DNA of 64,000 nt, from the NCBI RefSeq assembly GCF_052425735.1, contig NC_135766.1:26598001-26662000 (forward strand), written 5' to 3'. The stretch comes from Oculina patagonica. Its lineage: Eukaryota. Below, piece after piece: positions 41,116 through 55,068 of the stretch. Position numbers and translations under genes: made by a program. How positions within the stretch are numbered: position 1 is the stretch's first letter; every line of letters starts with the position of its first letter. The notes under the pieces are model-generated. The model ran no database searches and had not been told where the DNA came from. It saw only the letters and a list, made by a program, of their open reading frames with translations.

Positions 41116-41842
41116 AGTGGATTACAACCTTCATAAAACAAACGGCTCTTTTAGGAGCCACCACATTAATAAAAGCAATGACCAATTCATCTATAAAAGG
41201 AGATAGTTTAAAAATATAGACTGACAAGCAGTCTGTTTTAAGACACCTTCAAGCACAGATAAGGCAAAAAATAACGCTCCTGAAATATAGATACGCGGGC
41301 TAATAAGTTTTTTTAAGTGTTCTGAGCAGCATGACTGCATCCCTGAGAAAAAAATAAACATCACTATAATTTTCGAGCCTCGGTAGTTTTTTTCGCGAGC
41401 TTCCATAATGCAGGCTGTTCAAAATCAAATGACAGATATTCAAGTGCAAAAGAAGTTTTGTGTTTTTGTTTTCCACGCGATCCGTTATTTATGATTAAGG
41501 TGTTATACACCGTATCCATAAACGTTGATGAAAATGAAGAACAGTGCAAGGTTGAATTGTCGCTTTTAATATCACGTTTCACCCACCAAGGCATTGTATT
41601 GAAGCAGCGACAATACTCTTTTTTGCAAGCCATATTTGTGTAGTGTGTACAGCCGTCCCGCTCCCCTCAAAAAAAATCCCCGGTTTTTTTGAGGGGAGCG
41701 CTGTACACAGGCTATATTTGTGCTGTTGAGATCAATTTTGGCGTTTCGTTAGCGAACGTATTTTTCAGAATCGTGGGGTTTGCTGGCAAGCGCTCCCTCC
41801 TCTCCCTACTTTCTTGCTTTTAGCTCTTGCCTAAATAGCGCG

Positions 41843-42653
41843 CATAGGCGTACGGGCACCTTCGGACCTGGGGGGGCGGAGACCTAATTGCCCGAAAAAT
41901 AAAATGACATGCATTGAAAGCCGAATAAAAAGGCATTTTAAATGGATAACGAAACGTGCATTGAAATAGTTGTGTACAAACCTCAACTTGCCTGCTTGCT
42001 TTAAGGAAACGATCGTGTTCTTTTATTAATTTCGTGGTGTTGCCCGAAGATGTCAATGCACTGTATCTTTTTTCTTCGGAAATATAATTATTATTTATCC
42101 ACTCCTGAGTTCAGCAAAAATTAACGTATTTTCGGGCAGCCAATTTACATTCCCTCACTTGAAAGATATGTAAAAGCGTGCATGTCAGGTAAATGGGTTA
42201 AAACATTTCGTTAAAAGTTTTGAGCTAGGCCTTACAACTTAACATTTGAGTCAAAGCACTAGTTTGTTTCAAGGTCTTAGGCTGGATTCACCGTGCGCAA
42301 ACGGTCGAGCTACGGAGAATCCTTACTTCTGGTTACCCTCGCCAATTTCCTTCTTACTTCAAAATGATTGTAACTGAATCAAACTGTGGAGTAACACAAA
42401 ATTTGCGAGGAAAATCGAACGAGATTATAGCAATTGACATGAGAAATCAGTTAGACTTTTGAACCACAAAGTTATATTTCCAATACTTTTTTCTGTTGAT
42501 GTAATTCGTTTTGAACGTCCTGTTGAGATTTGTCGGCTTGTTTTCTATTTTTTCTCTAGGCTTGTTGCCCGAATTCCAAGCATTTTGCCCGAAAAATTTC
42601 GGCACTGGGGGGGCTGCAGCCCCCCCTCGCCCCCCCCGCCCCGTACGCCTATG
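41843..42653. mobile_element. hAT-like non-autonomous element between H3 and H1
   Basis: CATAGGCGTACGGG TIRs, 8-bp TSD ATAGCGCG (41835-42, 42654-61). Confidence 0.85.
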
Positions 42654-43213
42654 ATAGCGCGGCCAGAAAACCGAAAAAGCTCTTTCGTACGGGAAGGCTT
42701 GCTACTCAGGCCAGGCGTTTGAATGCAAATTGCTTGCTTTCCAACATGGACTTAGAATAATCATGTTCGAATGTTCAGGGCTTATACAATTAATGATTTT
42801 TGGTGTGTCCGAGAAAATAAATCGATTACCGTTTTCAACGCCAGCGTTGCGTGACGAACAACATTTGACCGTGACAAGCATGTGAGTCACGCAAAAGATA
42901 AACATAAAGACAAACAGCCCTCACTCGGAAAATGTTTTGTAAATTAGAGTGTAAGAAAAAAACAAGAACGAAAAAAAAAATATTTAGCGGGCGACCGTAA
43001 GAAAGCATAGGAAGAATGAATAGTGTTTAAACTGATCGGAGAATATGCAGAAATTATATTTTATATTGTGGTAAATGTGAAAAAAATGGGAAATTTTGGA
43101 TTTCTATACGGTTTTATATTGTTGAAAGTGTACTCTGTTGTTCATTGCATTTTATTATATTTGGTGGCTCCTAAAGGAGCCGTTTTTGTTTAGATCAGGA
43201 TCGCCTTTGCACT

Positions 43214-43786
43214 TCACTTCTTGGCGGGCTTCTTGGGGGATTTTTTCGCCGCGGGCTTCTTCGCTGCTTTCTTGGCGGGCTTTTTGGCTGCGGGCTTCTT
43301 TGCGGCTGGTTTTTTAGCCGCGGGTTTCTTCGCTGCTGGTTTTTTAGCTGCAGTTTTCTTCGCTGCTGGCTTCTTAGCCGCGGGTTTCTTTGCAGCCTTC
43401 TTTGCCGCTGGTTTCTTCGCTGCCTTCTTGGCGGCGGGCTTCTTTGGTTTGGCGGCAGGCTTCTTTGCAGCGGGCTTCTTCTTCAGTTTCTTCTCTTTCT
43501 TTTCCTCAGGCGCCAACTTGAAAGAACCTGAAGCGCCAACTCCTTTTGTGTGTACAAGTTTTCCACTGGCAGCGCCTCTCTTCAAAGCCATCTTTAAGTG
43601 CGCGCCGACCTCACCAACCTTGTAGTTGGCCTTGATGTATTTCTCGATTTTTTGGCGGGAAGAACCGTTTCGCTCCTTCAACGCCGCAATCGCAGCTTTG
43701 ATCATGTCGAAATAAGGTGGATGATCGGCTGGCTTTTTAGGCGCTGCCGGCTTCTTCTTAGCTGGGGACTTTACTGCTTCGGACAT
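43214..43786 (-). CDS. H1: Histone H1 (linker histone)
   Basis: [31 protein letters not shown] globular domain, KKPAA-repeat tail; stem-loop 43166-43181. Confidence 0.98.
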   Translation of the reverse strand: MSEAVKSPAKKKPAAPKKPADHPPYFDMIKAAIAALKERNGSSRQKIEKYIKANYKVGEVGAHLKMALKRGAASGKLVHTKGVGASGSFKLAPEEKKEKKLKKKPAAKKPAAKPKKPAAKKAAKKPAAKKAAKKPAAKKPAAKKTAAKKPAAKKPAAKKPAAKKPAAKKPAKKAAKKPAAKKSPKKPAKK

Positions 43787-44692
43787 GTTGTAGTTTTAGA
43801 ACACAGAATCTTACCTATCACAGAGGAACTGAAGACTCGAAATGCATATTCGAACGCGCAACTAAAGTTTATGCGGTTGATGCGGACCACCGAGAAAACA
43901 GGGCTTCAAAATGGCGTCCTCAATTTTGTGCTAGTTTGCCGGACATATTCTCCATTACAAATGCTATAATGAGAAGTTTGATTTAACCTAGACATATAAA
44001 TTTTCAGTTGGAATCTGCCTCAAGTTAAAGACGTAAAAAATACTAGGATAACCACTGGCAATGTGTGAGATTTTTAGCTTAAAAGTTCATTTAGCAGTAA
44101 CATTCAAAACAAAATTTCGTCTTTACAGCTAAATAACTTTTGTTCAAATCGCTATAATTGAAAATATCGAAAATGGTACGACAGAAAAACTACTAAACCT
44201 GATAATTCTTGGATTAATTTAGACCCACTGTTTATTTCCAATCGCTGAATGTCTTTAAAGTTTGAACAACAAAGACAAGCTTCTTCGGTCCGCCATTTGT
44301 AAATTACTGTTTGAATTCCGACATTTGAATTGCCGTACAAATTGCTCTTCTCGTCACTCTTGGGCAAAAGTTCTATTTATAAGAGGAATTGAGTTTTTTT
44401 AGGGATAAGATAGCACTGAAAGTGGTAGTTTTGCATTGAATTTTGTGAGCAGTTAACGGATCGGAGATACACTATCAGATTTTCGACATGTGTTCTTCGT
44501 TTTATTTTACCCATCGCTTATATCCGACTTTGAATCAAATCGTGCAAACTATAACAGTTACTATTAACGTTTCTTGTCATCTTTTACGAGTTTATTTTTA
44601 TCTTAAATCGTAACAGGTATGGTTATAAAAAGCTTAAATGTAGTAGAAGATTAGTACGCTGAAACAGATCAATAAACTTATTTTGTTCATGG

Positions 44693-45106
44693 CCCGGGGG
44701 GGGCACTCAAATAAGTTTTATACGGGGAGGCTCCGCCCCAAGCTCTTACCCCTTACCCTTTTATATACCATTCTCACAGAAATTGTACCCCTTTCGTATA
44801 CCTTTTACTGAAAAAAGGTACCCCTTTCATATACCTAAAAGACATGGCATAGACTTAAAACAGGACGTTTTCTTGTTATTTCCATGTTGCGCTTTATAAA
44901 TTAAAATAATACAGCCATAAAGTGCGTCTGTTCGAAATATATTAATTCAAGGCCCTTTTAAAAAACTAAATGACGGATTTACATACCCTTTCATATACCT
45001 TAACTTGTAAAATCCCTACCCTTTTATATACCTGGAGCCTGAAAAAGGTACCCCTTTCGGGCGGAGCCTCCCCGTATAGGCCATTATATGGAGTACCCCC
45101 CCCGGG
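44693..45106. mobile_element. CCCGG-ended MITE; a second copy lies in opposite orientation at 52591-52984
   Basis: 8-bp TSDs GTTCATGG (this copy) and CAAGTATT (second copy). A related element at 50577-51008 has TSD GTAAGGAG. Confidence 0.82.
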
Positions 45107-45693
45107 GTTCATGGCACCACTGTCGCAAATGCATACGCCAACATCGATTGATTGCGATTGCTTTACCAATTCCAACATCATATGAAGTCGGCGATTTTAT
45201 ATGTATGGATATGTATATATTTTCTTTAAATAAAAGTTAAGGACCAAAACAGAAAGAGTGAGTCAGAGAGGCACCATCACCACGCACGGTTTCACTGTAT
45301 GCAGAGTGTATGCAGTTTGATTGCGCGCCAAATTGCGACAAAGCTGCGCGCGTAATTCACACAACAAAAAAATTCCAAAAAATCTCACTCACGCTCATTT
45401 GCGTTGGAGAAAATTTGACACATAATTCCAAGTGTAATATTTTATTTTATTATGTGTAGAACAAAATGAACCTCTGATGAGAAGTATTACTGAAGCTGTT
45501 TCTGAACCAAGACTTTTTGCCATGCGTTCTCATTGTTTGTATAGGATTTGCTTCGGCATAGATTTCATACACGGTAAAAATTTTCCAATATTACTCATCA
45601 CTGTTATCGATCGTAACCGTTTCTCAACAACACGAACTGAAGAGATAAAGTTTTATGAACCTGAATGAAGGCTGGAACGGAACAAATCAGAAC

Positions 45694-45868
45694 AAAAATA
45701 AAACTTAAGGTAAAAGCTGTTAAAATTGATGCTAAACGTTTTCGATCTGTTCGATCATCATCAGAGTGATGATGATCGAACAGATCATCATGATGATCTG
45801 ATGATGATCGAACAGATCGAAAACGTTTAGCATCAATTTTAACAGCTTTTACCTTAAGTTTTATTTTT
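45694..45868. repeat. Perfect 72-bp-arm inverted repeat with a self-templated 31-nt spacer
   Basis: Arms 45694-45765 and 45797-45868 are exact reverse complements. Confidence 0.9.
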
Positions 45869-46101
45869 AACCTTTTATCGGCGAAATGTATATTAATCAG
45901 AACAAATATAAAATGATCCACCGGAAAAACTGATAGTATCGCGATTATGAACGAACATGCCGAGATTTGCACTCAAGAGGGAATCACCTATTTTTATTTT
46001 TTTTTAATTTCTAATTATGAATTTTTATTGTAAATAGTTTGTAATTAACTTTCGTTTACTTGTATTTTTTTTTTTTACATTGCTGCTGAAAGGCCCTTTT
46101 T

Positions 46102-46451
46102 NNNNNNNNNNNNNNNNNNNNNNNNNNNNNNNNNNNNNNNNNNNNNNNNNNNNNNNNNNNNNNNNNNNNNNNNNNNNNNNNNNNNNNNNNNNNNNNNNNN
46201 NNNNNNNNNNNNNNNNNNNNNNNNNNNNNNNNNNNNNNNNNNNNNNNNNNNNNNNNNNNNNNNNNNNNNNNNNNNNNNNNNNNNNNNNNNNNNNNNNNNN
46301 NNNNNNNNNNNNNNNNNNNNNNNNNNNNNNNNNNNNNNNNNNNNNNNNNNNNNNNNNNNNNNNNNNNNNNNNNNNNNNNNNNNNNNNNNNNNNNNNNNNN
46401 NNNNNNNNNNNNNNNNNNNNNNNNNNNNNNNNNNNNNNNNNNNNNNNNNNN
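46102..46451. other. Assembly gap (350 N)
   Basis: Run of N. Confidence 1.
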
Positions 46452-46861
46452 NTCGATTGTTTTAAGTCCTTTTTTAGGACTTAAAATGGTGGATGCCAAA
46501 AACAGAACAGGGTGAACGGTTATGCTAATAGCTTGTTAGTCGCGCCTTGGGTAGACCACCCAAAATTTCGAAAAACGGACTCTAAACCTTAGGACGAATA
46601 GGGTAAATGTTTTCTGGAAACCTTTCTGAAGTATTCAAGACCTTGAAACGATGAACTTTTCTTTGCTAGGAAAACGGACTACGAAAAATTGCCGAAATCG
46701 AGCCATTTAGCTCATCGATCGTACAAATCTCCCTACTTTTTTCGTAATCTGAATTGCTAGTATTTGGGGTGAAAATACTGTAACATCACCATTGGTCACT
46801 GCTTTTATTAATGTGGTGGCTCCTAAAAGAGCCGTTTGTTTTATGAAGGTTGTAATCCACT

Positions 46862-47314
<453 letters not shown>

Positions 47315-47744
47315 TTAGAAATTATTTTATACCTGGCGGGCTTGTTTCTGATTGGCTTAAAACTAAGAAATTTGATTGGCTTAGCATGAAAACTGTGCAT
47401 AATTTCATGGATGTGTGGTGATATTTCGATCCTAATAAACATTGAAGCTTTTTCAGGGTTAAGAAATTACTTTGCTATGACTGAATTACTTCAAGGGATA
47501 GAAAGGTGATCAAAAGCTTTCGTGAAAAGTTTATATGTAGCTTCTTTAAAGGTAAAGACTTGTTTTCCTTTGCAGAAGATGCAAGCACGTGTTGTGTGAA
47601 TAAAGACGAATATTTTATGCAATTTATGGTAATACTTGACCCTTGTTCCTGCTGTGTGCATTTAACCAATCGGATTATTTCTGATACCGCGTTTTCTGAG
47701 AGGTCATCCTTGCCCCTATAAAAAGGATGAACCGTGCAAGTTGA

Positions 47745-48095
<351 letters not shown>

Positions 48096-48995
48096 ACGCG
48101 CAGTCTATCAACACAAACAAACGGCTCTTTTAGGAGCCACCAAATCTCTCAAAAGTCATGACCAATAAATGCAGTTTCTCATCTTGCTGTATCCTGATAA
48201 AACCGATTTGCGATCCAATGAAATTCTGTATACTGAGTGGTCAAAAAATAACTTAGCTATATAAAATTTACGCGCACTGATAATTCTTGACCGTCTCATT
48301 AGCCTGTTCCAGGCATTCGGTACCGTGTGGAACAGGCCACCGTTCCATTAAGATCAAGATTCATAAGAAAAAACCAAAACAGTTAGGACATTTTATTTCT
48401 AGCCTGTGTACAGCCGTCCCGCTCCCCTAATGGCTACTTGCGCGTTATATTTGCCTCAAGCACAGCGTATTCCCTTCTACACCTCGCCGTTTTCATTATT
48501 CAAACATGTACTCGACTTAAAGGGAGTGCCATTGAAATGCAAATTTAATTGGCGTGCAAACCGTTTGAATCGCGCGCGCAAATATTGAAAGGCATTTCAA
48601 ACGCGCCAAAACCGCGTCACGCATGGGAGAAAAAACGGTTGTTCTGACGAGCTTCAGAAAGAAGGTCAACCGTCTATAAATTTATAAGTCAGCCTGCCAA
48701 AATTTCGGTACTACTTACTCGCGCGTTTATGTGCATGCTGTAAGGAGTAAGTAGTTTTTGCGTGCGTTGCATGAGCCAACTATTTTGGAGCATTTTCTAT
48801 TAGAGCCGCGCTTAGTAAGAATTTTCTTGAGGGTTTAAAAGAAATAAAAAGAAGAGGTATAATTGATTCGCGAGAGTGGGGGGGGGGGGGGTGAAAATAT
48901 GCATCTTTTTGATTAAAAGGGAATCGTTGATCAAGACTTTAATAATAGTTGGTGGCTCCTAAAGGAACCGTTTTTGATTGTTTATTCAAGCTTAT

Positions 48996-49376
48996 TTAAG
49001 CTTTTGGCTTCTTCTCGGTCTTCTTGGGCAGAAGAACAGCCTGGATGTTGGGAAGAACACCTCCCTGGGCAATGGTGACACCAGCGAGCAGTTTATTCAA
49101 CTCCTCGTCATTGCGGACAGCCAGCTGAAGGTGACGGGGGATGATTCTTGACTTCTTGTTGTCACGAGCAGCGTTGCCTGCCAACTCGAGGATCTCAGCG
49201 CTCAAATACTCGAGCACAGCAGCCAAGTACACTGGAGCACCGGCGCCAACACGCTCACCATAGTTGCCTTTGCGGAGAAGACGATGGATACGACCAACTG
49301 GGAACTGAAGCCCTGCTCGGGATGAGCGGGTCTTGGACTTGGTGCCCTTAGCTTTTCCTTTACCGCGACCAGACAT
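48996..49376 (-). CDS. H2A: Histone H2A (second cluster)
   Basis: Protein identical to the first copy; stem-loop 48954-48969. Confidence 0.99.
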   Translation of the reverse strand: MSGRGKGKAKGTKSKTRSSRAGLQFPVGRIHRLLRKGNYGERVGAGAPVYLAAVLEYLSAEILELAGNAARDNKKSRIIPRHLQLAVRNDEELNKLLAGVTIAQGGVLPNIQAVLLPKKTEKKPKA

Positions 49377-49705
49377 GTTCAACAAATGACGAAAACAAAC
49401 TGAAAGTTAAGATTGTGGAAAATTTGGCAGGCTACAATATTTATAGTTAGTAATTATGCAAGAAGGATCGAAATGCACCAATCAAAACTTCAAATGATTG
49501 AATAGATTTCAATGGACATTTGTTTCTGGTTTGTTTTCAAAGACATGACATACAAAGAAAATTGACCTCGAGGGTCAGTTCAACACGATAACCAATCACT
49601 AATCGAGGATTTCGATCCGTATGGTAATTGATCTTGTCCTTATTCCAGTATAAATACAAAACGAATCGAGTTGTCTGGCATTCAAATCCATTCTGATCTA
49701 CAGAC

Positions 49706-50077
49706 ATGGCACCCAAAGTTGCAGGAAAGAAAGGCGAGAAGAAAGCCGGAAAGGCAAAGGCCTCGGCTGAAGGAAAGAAGAAGAGAAGGGGAAAGAGAAA
49801 GGAAAGCTATGCTATCTACATCTACAAGGTGTTGAAGCAAGTTCACCCTGACACTGGAATCTCCAGCAAGGCCATGGGCATCATGAACTCGTTCGTTAAC
49901 GACATCTTCGAGCGCATCGCCACCGAAGCTTCCCGCCTTGCCCACTACAACAAGAAATCAACCATCAGCTCCCGCGAGATCCAGACCGCCATCAGGCTGC
50001 TTCTGCCCGGTGAACTGGCCAAACACGCCGTCAGTGAAGGAACGAAGGCTGTGACCAAGTACACCAGCAGCAAGTAA
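49706..50077 (+). CDS. H2B: Histone H2B (second cluster)
   Basis: Protein identical to the first copy; stem-loop 50110-50125. Confidence 0.99.
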   Translation: MAPKVAGKKGEKKAGKAKASAEGKKKRRGKRKESYAIYIYKVLKQVHPDTGISSKAMGIMNSFVNDIFERIATEASRLAHYNKKSTISSREIQTAIRLLLPGELAKHAVSEGTKAVTKYTSSK

Positions 50078-51606
50078 ACTCACTTTGTGGGTTTGCCGCC
50101 AAAACCAACGGCTCCTTTAGGAGCCACCAAATGTTATAAAAAGCAATGACCAACAGTATTTCCTTTTCTGTTTTATTTCAAAAGCTCTTTTCTAGAAATG
50201 CGCGTATTTTTTACGACCGAATGATGCGCTAGGATCTATTAAGAATTTTGTCTTCGTTCGCGTGACTCGTCTCTCTGCCGTGTCACTTGAAATATTTCTA
50301 CCCAGATCCTTAGTGGGTTTCCCCCAAAACCAACGGCTGAGCCACCAAATGTTATAAAAAGCAATAGCCAACCGAATCTGAGTTGGTGTTTGATTTTTGG
50401 AGCTTTATTTTTAATCGAAATGCGCGCTTTCACACGGCTTTAAAAAAATTCTAACCCAAATTAGTATTTTTGACGCAGGAGTTGGTCGCTAGCGCCGCGC
50501 ATTTTGTATTGAAAGGCAGGGAAACCTCGTACCCAGGATCTTCGTTTCGCTTTCCCCCTCGCTTGGAGGTAAGGAGCCCAGGGGGGGGGGGGGGGGGAGG
50601 TACTCCGACTTGTAGATGACGGGGATGATCAAAGGATTTTTTTGGGTTTGAAATTTTCGATTCCGGGATTATTTTGGGTTGGAAAATTTGGCAAGTATTT
50701 TTTTGGGTGACTTGATTTAGAGAGGGGATTTTGGGGGTATTAAAAACGAACTTAAGTGCCTTAGCGTAATTATGGTATGATGAATAAACAAACACGAGCG
50801 TTCAAAATTTTTATGGTTTTCTTTGTGTTATATTATTGCCCCTCCTGGCAATTTAGGGGTAATTTGACAAGGAATTTTTTGGGGGATTATTTTCGGTCCA
50901 GGGATATTTTTTGGGTAATGTCGGAAGACTGAGGGATTTTTTTGGTTCCTGAGTCTTGCCTCCATTCGATAATCCCCGTCATTTACAAGCCGGAGTACCC
51001 CCCCTGGGGTAAGGAGGCGCATGCAACGTCAGCCACATGCAAGAAAGAAAGTTGGAGGTTATATATTGTTAGTGCTTATTTTTTATTTATTTTTTTAATC
51101 GTGAGCACTTTTTAAAATATTTTAATTAATCATCATCAGCTGTTTGTTTGGCTCTACAATAAACTTGATTTCAATTTTTTGACCATCGCACATATGTTCT
51201 ATAAGAGGCTGCACCAGGTCTGATACAACCTTTTGAAACAATTGTCCTTCTCCTATTTATTTACTCTTTAAAATTCTAGATGTGATTGGTTGTCAGCAGC
51301 CCGAATAGGCCTTATGCATGATAACGTCATAAGCTCAAAATTCACCACCAAGCCTCGTTTACGCGAATTATTCTCAACCCTTTTGCCATCTTCATGCAGT
51401 TTTCACGTGGGTATTCTTTTCATCTTTGCTGCTTTGGGAATTCGTTTATGATCAAATTTACAAGTTTGCACTTCGAAAGCGATGCTTGGTGGTGAAATTA
51501 GCCAGTCTGACGTAAACATGCATAAGGGCTATTGAGCACTAATAGACTACAAGTTGTACAGGATGATCAGAATTTTTCTGGCTGAGCAACAAGTGTCTTT
51601 TTACAG

Positions 51607-54291
51607 TTATAAAAAGGACACACCAGCCTGAATAACTGAGTACAGCACACCAAGAGCCAGTACTGCTGTACAACCTGAGCCGATTGTAAAACCCAATACC
51701 CTTGTGAAGCTGAAGACATTCAAGTAAGCTATGGTGTGAACGATCCTGCAAGCTGTAAAGATACGCAGGCAGCAGATTCCCCAGATGGCTGGCATGTTAG
51801 AAAACATGTACAACAAGGCCATGATCATAAAGATTGGGATGTTTTCCAGATCATTGAGATGCGCTCTGAAATTAGAAAAGGAATCATTATAAGCATGGCC
51901 AGGGTCACTCAGTTCTGTTAGCAAGCCTGCCCTCAGCATAGCCTGTTCCAGGCTCTCAGTAGTTGGGGGATAGCGAAAAACGCGAGCGAGTGAGGAAAAA
52001 AAAAGAGGGGGAGGAGAGAAGGCGGGCGAAGGAAGGAGAGCTCTCCTTCCTTCGCCCGCGTTTTTCACCCCTTGTTTTTTCCTCACTCGCCCACGTTTTT
52101 CACTCTCCCCCAACTACCGGTACCGAGAGCCTGGAACAGTCTACCCTCAGCACAGCTATTCAGGGCCATAACTTGCAAGAGGCAAGACGACTTGCCTCGT
52201 CTAGATTTAAACCCAAAATTTAAAAAAAATATATGTTCAGGTGAGAAAATTATTCCCAATTGAACCTGATTTATTTTTTTGAATAAATACCTCAAAAAAG
52301 AATTATGATAAATTATGATAGTGTCTCATAGCTTCTTGATTTCAAAAAAAATTTTCTTTCCAGGCCCTGCTAACAGCTTGTGCCTTCAACACTTACAATT
52401 TTTGCCTCATCTATGCCAAAAGTCTGGCTATGGCCCTGCTATTGAGAGGGGCATGTCATTTTGGGATCAGAAAGAAATTATGTGTACTGGCAAGTAATGT
52501 ACATGCATATTGGTGAGAACAAGAGAAATTGGATAAGTGTTATAAACACTTTATAAGCTTTAGGTAAATTTTGGACTACATACAAGTATTCCCGGGGGGG
52601 GGGGGGGGGTACTCCCTATAATGGCCTATACGGGGAGGCTCTGCCCGAAAGGGGTACCTTTTTAAGGCTTCAGGTATATAAAAGGGTAGGGATTTCACGA
52701 GTTTAGGTATATGAAAGGGTATGGAAATCTGTCACTTAGGTATTTAAAAGGGCCTTTAATTGAAATATTTCGAACAGATGCAAGGCTGTATTACCGGTAT
52801 TTTAATTTATTAAGCACTACATGAAAATGACAAGAAAACATCCTGTTTTAAGTCCAGGCCACGTCTTTTAGGTATATGAAAGGGGTACCTTTTTTCAGTT
52901 AAGTACAATTTCTGTCAAAATGGTATATAAAAGGGAAAGGGGTTAGAGCCTCCCCGTATAAAACTTTTTTTGTGCCCCCCGGGGCAAGTATTGCTTTTCA
53001 TAAAGTTTATTGTACCTCCGAACTCTTTCCACATCAGGATGCTGTGGAACAGGTTTATCTTTGTCTTTTCCTTCATAGTCTTCTGGACTTGGAAGAGCCT
53101 GTAGTTCAGATTTAAACAGAAACAGCACAGGTTTGGCCCTCTCTGTCACGCAAATATGCTACATTGAGTGACAGGGAAAGTGAATAAACCAGACCAAAAG
53201 TTAAAACATTCTAAACCCAAACATTGGGCAAGTTGTAAGACTGGTTTTACTGGTCCATAATCAGCTATAATCTTTTAAATCTGGTACAGACCTGGGGGGG
53301 GGGGGCACCCTGGTGGGGGTGTGGGAATTTGAAGCCCTCCCATATGAAAGGGGCAGATAGAGATACCAACTGATACTAAAAAGTATTATTTGCATATAAT
53401 TTTTTTCGAACGGCAACCCTAAACAAGACCTTGACAGCTCAAAATATTGGTGTTTTGCCTTGGGCACCCTAACTGAGACCAAAATCTGAAATTTTCACCC
53501 CTAGGCAAGATGAAGAACATCCCTGCCCCTTTCATATGGGAGTCCCCCCGGGATATTGGAGAGTTCCCCCCTCCTCCCATTATAAAAGATGGTAGAAGTA
53601 CAAAATGGGTGAGTAATGGAAAGAGCATTTAACAACTGATGCTAATGTTTGAGATGGCGGTTTGAAAATTTGAAATATTAAGAAGATTTGCTTCATCAAA
53701 AGTTGCCATCCAGCAACTAACGTATATTGCAGGTGAGTGGACATATAAACAAAACAACTATGGAATGCAGGTTGCTACTGTAGCACGCATGTACAGTAAA
53801 TCAAGCAACATCCCAACCCTGAACCAAGTTAAAATGTTTTTAAATAGAAGCAGTCTTTCTTTAAAAATTGAGATGTTTTAACTTTCGTTGAGGAAAAGAA
53901 ACCTCAAACCCAAAGGATAGTCAGGCAGTGGCTGATATTATATTTGTAAATAGAATTTGGAAGAGCAACGCTCATACAATCGAATTTTAAATTTAGACCT
54001 TTCATGGAAAAAACTAGAATCTAAGCCGTGAGGTATAGTAAATTCTCCAGAATTTGAAATTCTATCCATCCCAGCATGATTTGACATCCTCGAATGAAAA
54101 AAGCCTGCAGTAATTCAGACAATAACGACAAGTATTTAGACTGTATTGTGCAATGTGTTGAGAGGTCTCACCTGGTTCTTTACGCGGTGTTTCGCTGTTA
54201 GAAATTACATGGCCCAAGTTTTCAGCACGAGAATGGTGCCATAGAAAAGATATGAAGCAAGCAAATGATCATCCAGCGTAAGTGTTACCAT
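51607..54291 (-). pseudogene. MGST1: MGST1-like copy B with an in-frame TAA in exon 1 (probable pseudogene or null allele)
   Basis: Exons 54172-54291, 53016-53098, 51607-51865. KTWAM-TAA-FLTA at 54205-54207, where the paralogues have Ser. Confidence 0.8.
51939..52143. mobile_element. TAG..CTA palindromic MITE with 9-bp TSD
   Basis: TAGCCTGTTCCAGGCTCTC..GAGAGCCTGGAACAGTCTA, TSD CCCTCAGCA. Confidence 0.82.
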
Positions 54292-55068
54292 TTTGGCACA
54301 GGTTAAAATACTACCCACAAGAGAACGGCGAGTGATTCTGCAAAAATATATATGACCCCCCACGAGCTGTGAACGTCACGCGACCGTTGCGCAACAACTC
54401 ACGCAAGGACTCACGCAAGGACCCCAGAGGTCAGCAAGTATTTGTAATGTCTGCAATACTGGGCATTTTCACGCCAGGTGTTTTTGTTAGCTTTTTTATA
54501 AGGTAAAGTAATGCAAACAAGGATTGCATGTTCACTGACATTGCACGATTCTCAGGCTTTATAGTTGGTGCTAATTTTTACCACGTGCAATAGTCCATAA
54601 GCTGTCACGCACGCCCACCAGATACCCCGCCTATGTGACAAGGTATTCCGTTTCTTTGGGCAGGCAGCTGGTATGTGCAAATGACAAGTGGGTGGGTGTG
54701 CTGAGTGCAGAGGAAGCTGAGAAAAAAAATGCATAATACTAAACGTTTCCGTTTGGCCGGACCACATAACGGCTTGTCCTGCCGTGTATCAAAATCTCGT
54801 TGTGAAAGGACGATGAACATGGCTAATTTTTCCGTTTTAAGAAATCCCTTTTTATAATTAAGAGAACTGATGGATCAGGTCAGTGAAACAGTGGTTTGCT
54901 TTGTTTTTCTCATGTTTATTAACTCCTTAATTTAACAGTCTACAAATTCTACAGGTGTTCGGTGATAACTGGAAAGCAACATTCCAAGAATTTTACTGGC
55001 GTTCAGCACGGCACTAATCTCTATTAAATCAACTTTGGACTACAGGCGTTAGGCTTCCATGTTGATGA

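Noticed and set aside
43221-43625. 134-aa AAGFF-repeat hydrophobic ORF on +
   Set aside because: Antisense shadow of the H1 KKPAA tail.
46056-46499. ORFs spanning the N run, and GGCCCTTTT just before it as a possible extra histone stem-loop
   Set aside because: The ORFs are gap artefacts; the half-motif has no histone ORF upstream and cannot be evaluated.
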